Shown here one piece after another: positions 1 to 7,426 of a DNA stretch of 64,000 bases (the first letter of the stretch is position 1; each line of letters opens with the position of its first letter). Made by a program: the position numbers and the translations under genes. The notes under the pieces are model-generated. The model saw only the letters and a program-made list of their open reading frames with translations. It did not search any database and had not been told where the DNA came from. This DNA comes from Chloracidobacterium sp. (GTDB lineage Bacteria; Acidobacteriota; Blastocatellia; Pyrinomonadales; Pyrinomonadaceae), in NCBI GenBank assembly GCA_043748725.1, contig JAYVER010000226.1:8922-72921 (forward strand), given 5' to 3'.

Positions 1-1
1 G

Positions 2-619
2 CAACTTGCGCTTTTTGGTTTTGTCGGCATTCCGGTCGAAGACCGGCCAAAAAGCCGTCTCTTTGTAACGGAACAGCCGAAACAATCTGTTGACGCCAGA
101 CTCTCATCCCTCATCCCTCATCCCTCATCCCTCGCCTTGCTTCATCCCACAACCGCGTTCTTTACAAAGCAGTGGCCAACAGAAAACTTTGCCCGAACAG
201 CCGAATACCTGGCCGAAAAGGGCATTAAAAGCGTTGCCGTCGCCTCGCAAAGCGAAAGCAGAATATTGGACGAACTAAAACATCATTCAAACGTGCTGAT
301 CCGCACATTCGATGATCTGACGCTGCCGGAGATCACAGCCCTCGCATCCAAAGCCCAACTTTTTGTCGGTAACGACTCCGGCATTGCCCACATTGCAGCG
401 GCCGTTCAAACGCCATCGGTGGTTATTTTTGGCTCATCAAACCGAGCACATTGGCGGCCATGGACGGACGCGCCAAATGAGATCGTCTATGAGGAGTTAC
501 CCTGCCAACCATGTCCCGGCTATACCTGCGAAGTGTTTGGTGAACCGAATTGTATATTGAGCGTAAAGCCCGAAGCCGTTTTTGCCGCCATAGACCGCGT
601 ACTCAAGTCAGAACCGTGA
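2..619 (+). CDS. glycosyltransferase family 9 (LPS heptosyltransferase-like), 5'-truncated by the window edge
   Basis: Frame 2 is open from nt 2 to the TGA at 617-619. The C-terminal half carries GT9-type motifs (KQWP; FVGNDSGIAHIAAA...VVIFG). Confidence 0.8.
   Translation, partial: QLALFGFVGIPVEDRPKSRLFVTEQPKQSVDARLSSLIPHPSSLALLHPTTAFFTKQWPTENFARTAEYLAEKGIKSVAVASQSESRILDELKHHSNVLIRTFDDLTLPEITALASKAQLFVGNDSGIAHIAAAVQTPSVVIFGSSNRAHWRPWTDAPNEIVYEELPCQPCPGYTCEVFGEPNCILSVKPEAVFAAIDRVLKSEP
104..131 (+). repeat. tandem heptamer (TCATCCC)x4 inside the GT9 coding sequence, with one extra isolated copy at 142-148
   Basis: Read directly: tcatccc tcatccc tcatccc tcatccc. Confidence 0.95.
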
Positions 620-638
620 GTGGTAACGACCGGGTTCT
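607..638 (+). repeat. GTCAGAACC-headed short dispersed repeat (copy overlapping the GT9 stop codon)
   Basis: The sequence gtcagaaccgtgagtggtaacgaccgggttct has AGAACC/GGTTCT arms. The same head motif recurs at five other sites in the window. Confidence 0.6.
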
Positions 639-652
639 TTATTCCTTCGCCT

Positions 653-1046
653 TTATCCTTTCGAGGCTTCCGCTTTCCCGATCGTTATCGTTCCATTGAG
701 TTCCAGCTTCATCACACCGTCGCGGTCGATATCCACCTCGTTAAAGAGCACCGTCCGTCGGATGTTTATTCCAAAATGTCTGCAGAACGGGTTGGCATTG
801 ATCACGCGGTTATAATACTTGTCCTTTTGCTTTACCGGAAAGGCGTTCGCCCTCCTTACATCCTCGGGCATTAGCCCGATCACCCTGCGGTCCTCGTCAT
901 AGCAGTTTCACTGCCGCCGGCATTCCCAACGCATCATACGCCGTCCGATTGAGCAGCATCACCCCGCGGTTATTCAAAGTCACCCTCGGCTTATCCCGAT
1001 CTGTCCGGTTCGGCCCTCCCTGAAACTCTGTCCATTGCTCGATCAT
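653..1046 (-). pseudogene. small conserved hypothetical protein split by a frameshift
   Basis: An ATG at 1046 is preceded by AGGAG. The reading ...ALGMPAAVKLL stops at 897-899, and the sequence continues without a gap in another frame as YDEDRRVIGLMPED... down to 653. Confidence 0.55.
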
Positions 1047-1149
1047 ATTTCCTCTCCTTTGCAGCTGAAACAATATATCACGGATGCAACATAACAGCAA
1101 GCGCAGGTCAGAACCGGAGTAAGAATTAGTTGTCCACAGAGGTTTTTGT

Positions 1150-1383
1150 TTAGGCTCCCCCGCCTCCCGGGATACACCTTGAATCGACGTAACCACCCTT
1201 TATTTGTTCCCACAATAAATCAGGTTCAGGGCAGACGAAGATAATAATTGGCGTATCTGAAATCACTTGAGGCATTTCACAAAAAGGCTCGCTCCATTTT
1301 TCGTAGAAATCATTAAATACTGCAACACTGGTAATACCAATGAAGAAAGTCAAAAATGCCGTTCTAAGTCTGGAGCATCTCAT
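1150..1383 (-). CDS. hypothetical small protein with an N-terminal hydrophobic segment
   Basis: ORF only. It is AT-rich and has no clear RBS. Confidence 0.25.
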   Translation of the reverse strand: MRCSRLRTAFLTFFIGITSVAVFNDFYEKWSEPFCEMPQVISDTPIIIFVCPEPDLLWEQIKGGYVDSRCIPGGGGA

Positions 1384-1432
1384 GTCTAAAAGATGCAGTG
1401 AGAAGCAGATAGAGATGCTTTAATCCAATGCC

Positions 1433-1741
1433 CTACGCGATGAGCAAACTGATCCGTCGGCCGAGGCCGTCTTCAAAGATGCGGTAGAGCGTTGAAAGCT
1501 GGATGTCGCATTTACCGTTTTCGAGCCGTGAGATGTAGCTTTTTTTGGTTCCAACCTTGTCTGCGAGCTGTTGCTGCGTCATCTTAGCTTCACGCCGAGC
1601 ATCCTTGAGAGTTTCGCTGATGACGAAATACTGTGCCCTTTCTTCAAATTCGTCACGTTTTTTCTCACCGATCTTGCCGTATTGAATATCCAATATCTCG
1701 TCAAAGTTTTTTGCGTTTCTTATTGCTTCGTTCTTTTTCAT
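1433..1741 (-). CDS. XRE-family HTH antitoxin (HigA-like)
   Basis: MKKNEAIRN...MTQQQLADKVGTKKSYISRLENGKCDIQLSTLYRIFE is a typical HTH_XRE partner of Gp49/HigB toxins. The start was chosen at the MKKNEA ATG (1741). Confidence 0.8.
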   Translation of the reverse strand: MKKNEAIRNAKNFDEILDIQYGKIGEKKRDEFEERAQYFVISETLKDARREAKMTQQQLADKVGTKKSYISRLENGKCDIQLSTLYRIFEDGLGRRISLLIA

Positions 1742-2087
1742 TTTGTTTACCTTTTGAAGCGAAATACTCATCTTTGAGTTTTTCCGCAAGTTCAATCTCC
1801 TGTTTCGGTGTCCTTTGGGTTTTCTTTTGAAATCCGTTAAACAGCACTACCAAATTGCCCCTGTCAAAACAGCAGAAGATTCGATAGATGTTGGGGCCTG
1901 ATTCGATCCTGATCTCGTATAGTCCATCCGAACCTTCGATGTGCTTCAGAAACTTTTCCTAAACCTTGTCGACCGTCTCGATTACGCGAAATACATAACC
2001 TATTTTCTCCCTGACATTGTCATTAACTATCAGGTAAAACTCCTGAAAATATTGTCCGTGAAAAATGATCCGTCTCTCGCGTTTCAC
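1701..2087 (-). pseudogene. Gp49-like / HigB (RelE superfamily) toxin with an internal TAG
   Basis: My own translation gives VKRERRIIFHGQYFQEFY...VIETVDKV*EKFLKHIEGSDGLYEIRIESGPNIYRIFCCFDRGNLVVLFNGFQKKTQRTPKQEIELAEKLKDEY. There is an in-frame TAG near 1957-1959. Confidence 0.75.
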
Positions 2088-2192
2088 CGATTGATGATAA
2101 CTTTAAAGTGAACAAATGGCAAGATTTTAATCGAGCCTAGTCCGACGGAGCGTCTTGTCGGAACCCGAAGCGGTGGCGAGGGGCATTTAAAG

Positions 2193-2223
2193 CCCCCGGT
2201 CGCTACCGCTCCAGGTTCTGACC
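2193..2223 (-). repeat. GTCAGAACC-headed dispersed repeat copy
   Basis: The reverse complement reads ggtcagaacctggagcggtagcgaccggggg, nearly identical to the copy at 11921-11955. Confidence 0.7.
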
Positions 2224-2409
2224 TTTGGCATCTCGATGCAGCGGACGCGAGTTTTTGTTTTTGAGGTAATTTGCCGCCGTTGCGGTGATCGAATCGGGTG
2301 AAACAAAAAATTCGGGTGACGAGGTTAGCACCAGTCGAGGCGAGTATCTTAGTGAGGCCAGCGTAGCTTATTGAGGCGAGTCGGCAGCGAGATCTTACAA
2401 AAAATCTAC

Positions 2410-2480
2410 TTTCCAAGTGGTATTTTTGGTGTTTCCAAATGCCAAAAAAGGATTTCCAAACGGCGTTTTTATGTTTCCAA
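2410..2480. repeat. four TTTCCAA motifs phased at 21-22 bp (iteron- or operator-like array)
   Basis: TTTCCAA starts at 2410, 2432, 2453 and 2474. Flanking context is partly conserved (tttccaaa(c/t)g(g)c). Confidence 0.8.
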
Positions 2481-2535
2481 ACGGCCTCAAGCAGCGTTTC
2501 GGCATGTAAATGCCTGAGCCTCAATCGGTTAGTCG

Positions 2536-2754
2536 CTATTTTTGTCGTAAATCAGGTAGTAAACGGCGCTCCTGGATCGTAATTTCATTGAAATATTTTC
2601 TCGGATTGCCGCACATCGAGCAGGAACAATGGGCCTTCGAATGAGCAATTATCCCGATTCGGCGCGGGTCGCAGAATTCCGAAAGAATCACGTATTTTGC
2701 GACTCTCCGTTTTATTCGATTTTCGTTGTGTCGTCTAAACGCTCTTGATCTCAC
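2536..2754 (-). CDS. small basic Cys-rich hypothetical protein (CSCSMCGNPRK motif)
   Basis: ORF with a GTG start. It resembles small phage- or plasmid-associated proteins from memory; this was not verified. Confidence 0.45.
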   Translation of the reverse strand: MRSRAFRRHNENRIKRRVAKYVILSEFCDPRRIGIIAHSKAHCSCSMCGNPRKYFNEITIQERRLLPDLRQK

Positions 2755-2837
2755 GGTTTCACCATCCTTTTGTTGACAGTATACGCCTAAACACTTAGTA
2801 TTTATAGTTTCGACTCTAATAGCCGAAGTGTGCCTGT

Positions 2838-4337
2838 ATGTTCGAATCGTTATCCGATAAACTCAAGAAAACGCTGAAAAATCTGCGTGGCCAGGGGAAA
2901 TTGACCGCTGAGCACGTTGATGTTGCTCTTCGCGAGATACGGATGGCGCTGCTTGAGGCGGATGTTAACTACAAAGTCGCTAAAGATTTTGTCGAATCGG
3001 TCCGAGTCAAGGCTGAGGGCGAAGAGGTCTGGAACGGGCTGAAACCGCACGAACAGGTCGTTAAGATCGTCTATGACGAACTTGCCGAGTTAATGGGCGG
3101 CACGTCGTCGCGGCTCGTTTTTACCAAGCAAACGCCGAACGTCGTGATGATCGTCGGTTTACAGGGTTCGGGTAAGACGACTTCGACGGGCAAGATCTCG
3201 CGTTGGCTCGCAGATAATCAGGAGCGGAAACCATTGTTGGTTTCGGTTGACGTTTATCGGCCGGCAGCGCGCGAACAGTTAAAGGTTGTCGCAAATGCCG
3301 TCAACATTGCGGTTTACGAGGCGAAAGAGTCAAACGACCCGATGACGATCGTCCGTGGTGCGGTCAAGCACGCGGTCGAATTTGGCTTTGACACGCTGAT
3401 GATCGACACGGCCGGGCGTCTCCATATCGACGACGATCTAATGGTCGAGCTCGAGCAGATCAAGGCCGAGACAAAGCCTGTCGAGGTTTTGTTTGTCGCC
3501 GACGCGATGACCGGGCAAGATGCGGTTCGCTCGGCTGAAGTTTTTCACGAGCGTGTCGGCATCACCGGCGTTGTCCTTACCAAAATGGACGGCGATGCAC
3601 GCGGCGGTGCGGCGTTGTCGATCAAGCAGGTCATTGGCCAGCCGGTCAAGTTTGTCGGCGTCGGCGAAAAATACGACGCCATCGAGCCTTTTTATCCCGA
3701 TCGTATCGCCCAGCGAATTCTCGGAATGGGCGATGTCCTGAGCCTGATCGAGGAAGTTCAAGGCAAAATCAGCGAGGACGAAGCCCAGGCGCAATTGCTG
3801 AAAATGACGCGTAACCAGTTTACGCTTGAGGATTTTCGTAATCAGCTTGGCCAGTTCAAAAAACTCGGCTCAATGTCCAAATTGATGAAGATGCTGCCCG
3901 AGCAGATGACCGGCGGCATGCAGATCACGGACGAGCAATCGGCCGTCGTGGACCATCAGATGAAACGCACCGAGGCGATCATCGATTCGATGACGCGGCT
4001 CGAACGCAACGAATATAAGGTTATCGACGCCAGCCGCAAAACGCGTATCGCCGGCGGTTCGGGCTCGACGATAGCTGAGGTCAATCAACTGCTTCGCCAA
4101 TACGAGCAGATGCGCAAAATGATGGCGCAGATGAATCGCGGCGGCATGTTTGGCGGCATGGCCAGGAAAATGGCCGGTGGATTGGCAGGCGGCCTCGGCA
4201 ATATGTTAGGCGGCGGCAACGGAATTGGCGGTCTCGGCGGAATGCTTGGCAGCGGCGCGGATATGGACGACGACGATTCAAACGGATCGGCGACACGAAA
4301 CATTAGGAAGAAGAAGCGACATAAGAAAAAGAGATGA
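2838..4337 (+). CDS. ffh: signal recognition particle protein Ffh
   Basis: NG domain motifs are present (GLQGSGKTTS, DTAGR, TKMDGDARGG), followed by an M domain. The C-terminal tail is unusually long, Gly/Met-rich and polybasic. Confidence 0.97.
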   Translation: MFESLSDKLKKTLKNLRGQGKLTAEHVDVALREIRMALLEADVNYKVAKDFVESVRVKAEGEEVWNGLKPHEQVVKIVYDELAELMGGTSSRLVFTKQTPNVVMIVGLQGSGKTTSTGKISRWLADNQERKPLLVSVDVYRPAAREQLKVVANAVNIAVYEAKESNDPMTIVRGAVKHAVEFGFDTLMIDTAGRLHIDDDLMVELEQIKAETKPVEVLFVADAMTGQDAVRSAEVFHERVGITGVVLTKMDGDARGGAALSIKQVIGQPVKFVGVGEKYDAIEPFYPDRIAQRILGMGDVLSLIEEVQGKISEDEAQAQLLKMTRNQFTLEDFRNQLGQFKKLGSMSKLMKMLPEQMTGGMQITDEQSAVVDHQMKRTEAIIDSMTRLERNEYKVIDASRKTRIAGGSGSTIAEVNQLLRQYEQMRKMMAQMNRGGMFGGMARKMAGGLAGGLGNMLGGGNGIGGLGGMLGSGADMDDDDSNGSATRNIRKKKRHKKKR

Positions 4338-4398
4338 CCTTACCGCAAGGATTGGGAGTTCAATAATATTAAAATGAACTCTATTTAGAGGTATTCAA

Positions 4399-4938
4399 AT
4401 GAATAGCGATTTAGAAAAAGTAAAAGAGTCGTTGACTGATATATCTCGTCAGATCGACGAAAGTGATATTGGACTTCTTCGTGCTCGTAGGGAATGGGGT
4501 GGTGCGGATGTGGCAATCACCACACGTTTGAAAGAAAGCGTGTCGTCGGGGGTTTTTTATCCTGAACAACGCACTATCGTAACGCCGTTTTCGAGAGAGG
4601 TGAGCTGGTTATTTGAGCGTCTCCGGGATGTGTTTTCGGGAATGATTGACGGCACTTCGAAAATCGAATTTTATGGACGTTTAGAAATCGCTGCCCGTAA
4701 TTATCAGCAGCATGTTAATGGCGGCGAGAACGCGAAAGACCTTTTACGCGCCGTACTCTACGAGTCAGTAATAATACTTGAAGAGATGGAAGAAGGGACT
4801 TTTGAATATCTTTCAATCTCCACAGGCAACACGATTTTGGCTGATTTGGTAACTGAGGCGGAAAAGAGTGGTTATATCGGTGTAGAAGCAACGGAGGAAT
4901 TTTTTAAGAAGATGGAGGCGGCACATCGTGAATCTTGA
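4399..4938 (+). CDS. hypothetical acidic helical protein (in the antitoxin position)
   Basis: AT-rich ORF. Its stop (4936-4938) overlaps the GTG (4928) of the downstream RelE-like reading frame. Confidence 0.5.
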   Translation: MNSDLEKVKESLTDISRQIDESDIGLLRARREWGGADVAITTRLKESVSSGVFYPEQRTIVTPFSREVSWLFERLRDVFSGMIDGTSKIEFYGRLEIAARNYQQHVNGGENAKDLLRAVLYESVIILEEMEEGTFEYLSISTGNTILADLVTEAEKSGYIGVEATEEFFKKMEAAHRES

Positions 4939-5199
4939 GTTGACGAACGATGCCCGTTTTTTTTAGAAAACCTTCCCGCAAAACAATATAAACAAGTCGC
5001 CGGCAAGATTTTTGAATTGTTGCGAAATGCGTACCCGCAGGACGCCAAACACCTAACGGGTTACAAAGGATATCGACGGATAACGTCAGGCGAATTTCGA
5101 ATCGTTTATTCGGTTGTCGGAGAGACAATACGGATAGCTTTAGTTGGAAAACGGAACGACGACGAGATTTACAGGATATTAGAAAGAAAGAGATTGTAG
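4928..5199 (+). CDS. RelE/ParE-family toxin, interrupted at a T8 run (frameshifted pseudogene or -1 slippage required)
   Basis: VNLELTNDARFF stops at a TAG. One frame back the reading continues FFLENLPAKQYKQVAGKIFELLRNAYPQDAKHLTGYKGYRRITSGEFRIVYSVVGETIRIALVGKRNDDEIY, which is the RelE/ParE core. Confidence 0.6.
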
Positions 5200-5224
5200 A
5201 TAAGATGTTTGGAACGGAGAAATT

Positions 5225-5767
5225 ATGTTAGCAATCAGTTTAATGAGAATGGGCGCGAAGGGTAAACCTTTTTATCGCCTTGTGGTTAAGGAAAAAAGGT
5301 CGAAGCGAGATGGTAAGTACCTTGAAAACGTGGGTACATACGACCCGATGGCGAGCCCGGCGGATGTGAAATTAAATCACGAGCGTATCCAATACTGGAT
5401 CGGCGTCGGCGCAAAGCCGACCGAGACCGTTGCGAGCCTGATCAAGCACAACCCGGTCCAGACCGAGGAAGAGAAAGCAGCAGCGCTGCAGACGAGAGCG
5501 GAAGCGAAAGCTCAGGCTGAAAATGCAAAGGCTGAGGCCAAAAAAGCTGAGGCCGAAAAGCGTGAGACTGAGCGTGTTGCCGCCGAGCAGATGGCCGCTG
5601 AAAAGGCTGCCGCTGACGCAGCGGAGGCCGCTCCGGTTGAAGCTGAAGCCGTTGACACGACTGTGGAGCCGGTCGAAGCAGAGGCTTCCGCTCCGGAAAC
5701 CGCCGAAGCAGAACCGATCGCTGAAACGACTGAAGCAGCCCCCGAAGCTGAATCTGCGGAAGCGTAA
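5225..5767 (+). CDS. rpsP: 30S ribosomal protein S16 with a roughly 100-aa Ala/Glu/Lys-rich C-terminal extension
   Basis: MRMGAKGKPFYRLVV...YDP...ERIQYWIGVGAKPTETV is the S16 core, followed by low-complexity AEAKA repeats. Confidence 0.95.
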   Translation: MLAISLMRMGAKGKPFYRLVVKEKRSKRDGKYLENVGTYDPMASPADVKLNHERIQYWIGVGAKPTETVASLIKHNPVQTEEEKAAALQTRAEAKAQAENAKAEAKKAEAEKRETERVAAEQMAAEKAAADAAEAAPVEAEAVDTTVEPVEAEASAPETAEAEPIAETTEAAPEAESAEA

Positions 5768-5792
5768 ATTTCGGGCTCTGCGTTAGGAAAAG

Positions 5793-6026
5793 ATGAGAGA
5801 AGCGGTAGAAAGGATAGTCAAATCGCTGGTCGGCGAGCCTGATTTGGTTGAGGTGACCGAAAATTCGGATGGCAAAAACGTCCGTATCGAGATACGCGTC
5901 GCCGAGCATGATATGGGCCGCGTGATCGGCCGCGAAGGCCGCACGGTTAAGGCGATCCGCAGCATTCTGTTCGCCGCCGGGCAAAAGCATGGGCGCAGGT
6001 TTCATCTCGAGCTGGTCGAAGACTGA
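5793..6026 (+). CDS. KH-domain RNA-binding protein (YlqC/UPF0109 family)
   Basis: The VIGREGRTVKAIR KH motif is present, and the gene sits in the conserved position between rpsP and rimM. Confidence 0.9.
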   Translation: MREAVERIVKSLVGEPDLVEVTENSDGKNVRIEIRVAEHDMGRVIGREGRTVKAIRSILFAAGQKHGRRFHLELVED

Positions 6027-6092
6027 GTTCAGAGTGCGCGATTTATCGCGTAATTTATTTGAAAGAGACGCGATAAATCACGCACTCTGAAC
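6027..6092. repeat. 24-bp-arm inverted repeat (GTTCAGAGTGCGCGATTTATCGCG ... CGCGATAAATCACGCACTCTGAAC)
   Basis: Arms lie at 6027-6050 and 6069-6092, with one mismatch and an 18-nt loop. A related element occurs at 63315-63366. Confidence 0.9.
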
Positions 6093-6096
6093 ATTA

Positions 6097-6609
6097 ATGG
6101 AAGAGCTTGTTGCCATCGCCAGGATCGTAAAGCCGCGCGGGCTGCGTGGTGAGTTGTTCGCCGAGCTATTGACGGATTTTCCTAAGCGTTTTGAGGATTT
6201 GGAAACGGTAACTGCGGTTATGCCGGATGAGAGCCGCTTTGAGTTGAAAATTGAAGAGCATTGGTTTCAAAGCGGCCGAATAGTTTTGAAATTTGCAGGT
6301 TATGACTCGATAGAGTTAGGCGAAACGCTACGAAACGCGGAAATATGTATCCCGCAATCTGCAGCTGTTGAGCTTGACGCGGACGAGTATTTCGACTGGG
6401 AATTGGTCGGCTGCAAGGTCGAAACCATCGAGGGGAAAACTGTCGGCACGGTTCGGGAACTAATGCGGACGGGCGGAACGGAGATTTTGGTAATTGACGG
6501 CCAAGAGAAAGAAACTTTAATACCATTTGCCGCCGCGATCTGCCCCAAAGTGGATATTGAGAACAAGCTGATCCAGATTGATCCACCTAAAGGACTGTTA
6601 GACTTTTAG
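6097..6609 (+). CDS. rimM: 16S rRNA processing protein RimM
   Basis: The start is RimM-like ([14 protein letters not shown]), a PRC-barrel C-terminus is present, and synteny fits. Confidence 0.93.
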   Translation: MEELVAIARIVKPRGLRGELFAELLTDFPKRFEDLETVTAVMPDESRFELKIEEHWFQSGRIVLKFAGYDSIELGETLRNAEICIPQSAAVELDADEYFDWELVGCKVETIEGKTVGTVRELMRTGGTEILVIDGQEKETLIPFAAAICPKVDIENKLIQIDPPKGLLDF

Positions 6610-6672
6610 ATTTTGGATTTTGGATTTCGGATTTTGGATTAAAAGAATCGAAAATCCAAAATCGGCAATCCA
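6610..6672. repeat. heptamer array (ATTTTGG)x4 plus an inverted partner (CCAAAAT words)
   Basis: attttgg attttgg atttcgg attttgg ... tcgaaaatccaaaatcggcaatccaaaat. The right arm abuts the trmD ATG at 6675. Confidence 0.9.
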
Positions 6673-6674
6673 AA

Positions 6675-7388
6675 ATGCGAATAGATGTCTTAACAATTTT
6701 CCCGGAGTATTTCAGCGAGATCTTTGAATTTGGGATTATCCGCCGGGCAAAACTCGCTAGCGTAGTCGAGATCAACATTCACGACATTCGCAAATATGCG
6801 ACCGATAAGCACAAAATGGTCGATGACCGGCCATTTGGTGGTGGCGACGGGATGGTTTTGAAGCCCGAACCCTTATTCGCCGCAATTGAAAATTTAATAG
6901 GCACAAGCGAACGCGACGCATACCCGACAGGCACGCGGGTCGTTATGCTCACGCCGCAGGGAAAGCCTTTGAAACAGGCGGTTGCGGGAGAGTTGTCCCG
7001 TGAGACAAAGCATCTCGTCCTGATATGCGGCCGCTACGAGGGCGTTGACGAACGTGTCAACGAAGCTTTGGTCACCGACGAGATCTCGATCGGCGATTAT
7101 GTGCTTTCAGGCGGTGAACCCGCAGCGGTGGTCGTTGTAGATGCACTCGTCAGGCTTTTGCCGGGCGCATTGGGCAGCGATACGTCGGCTGATAACGATT
7201 CTTTTTCCGACGGCCTGCTCGACTGTCCGCATTACACGCGACCGGCCGAATTTAGAGGGATGAAAGTCCCGGGAGTTTTATTGAACGGCAATCATGCCGA
7301 GATTGAAAAATGGCGTAAAATGAAGGGGCTCGAAAAAACGAGAGCCTCGCGCGGAGATTTATTAACAGGAGAAAATGGTGATATGTGA
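6675..7388 (+). CDS. trmD: tRNA (guanine37-N1)-methyltransferase TrmD
   Basis: [13 protein letters not shown]...[15 protein letters not shown]...[11 protein letters not shown]...[11 protein letters not shown]. Confidence 0.97.
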   Translation: MRIDVLTIFPEYFSEIFEFGIIRRAKLASVVEINIHDIRKYATDKHKMVDDRPFGGGDGMVLKPEPLFAAIENLIGTSERDAYPTGTRVVMLTPQGKPLKQAVAGELSRETKHLVLICGRYEGVDERVNEALVTDEISIGDYVLSGGEPAAVVVVDALVRLLPGALGSDTSADNDSFSDGLLDCPHYTRPAEFRGMKVPGVLLNGNHAEIEKWRKMKGLEKTRASRGDLLTGENGDM

Positions 7389-7426
7389 GCGGCAAATTTG
7401 AGCCGTTGACCTCTGGCCGAAATAAA

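Noticed and set aside
90-278. 62-aa plus-strand ORF overlapping the GT9 gene in another frame
   Set aside because: It is the alternative frame of a clearly homologous heptosyltransferase ORF, and its Pro/Ser-rich product comes from the heptamer repeat.
2084-2524. 146-aa minus-strand ORF
   Set aside because: It runs through dispersed-repeat copies and the TTTCCAA array. It has no RBS or family resemblance, and its peptide (VATGGF..SPPLRVPTRRSV) is typical repeat read-through.
5442-6005. 187-aa antisense ORF across the rpsP tail and the KH gene
   Set aside because: It is a shadow ORF created by the GC/Ala-rich low-complexity S16 extension. The sense-strand genes are unambiguous.
6587-6778. 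63-aa minus-strand ORF containing [13 protein letters not shown]
   Set aside because: It is read-through of the heptamer array and overlaps the trmD start.
7385-7426. N-terminal extensions offered by the ORF track for rplS (7385), rnhB (7704), the membrane protein (8374), the deacetylase (26574), the dehydrogenase-like gene (50416), acpS (61272) and the 190-aa ORF (63359)
   Set aside because: The extensions overlap upstream genes or repeat elements and lack homology. Internal ATGs with better context match the expected N-termini.
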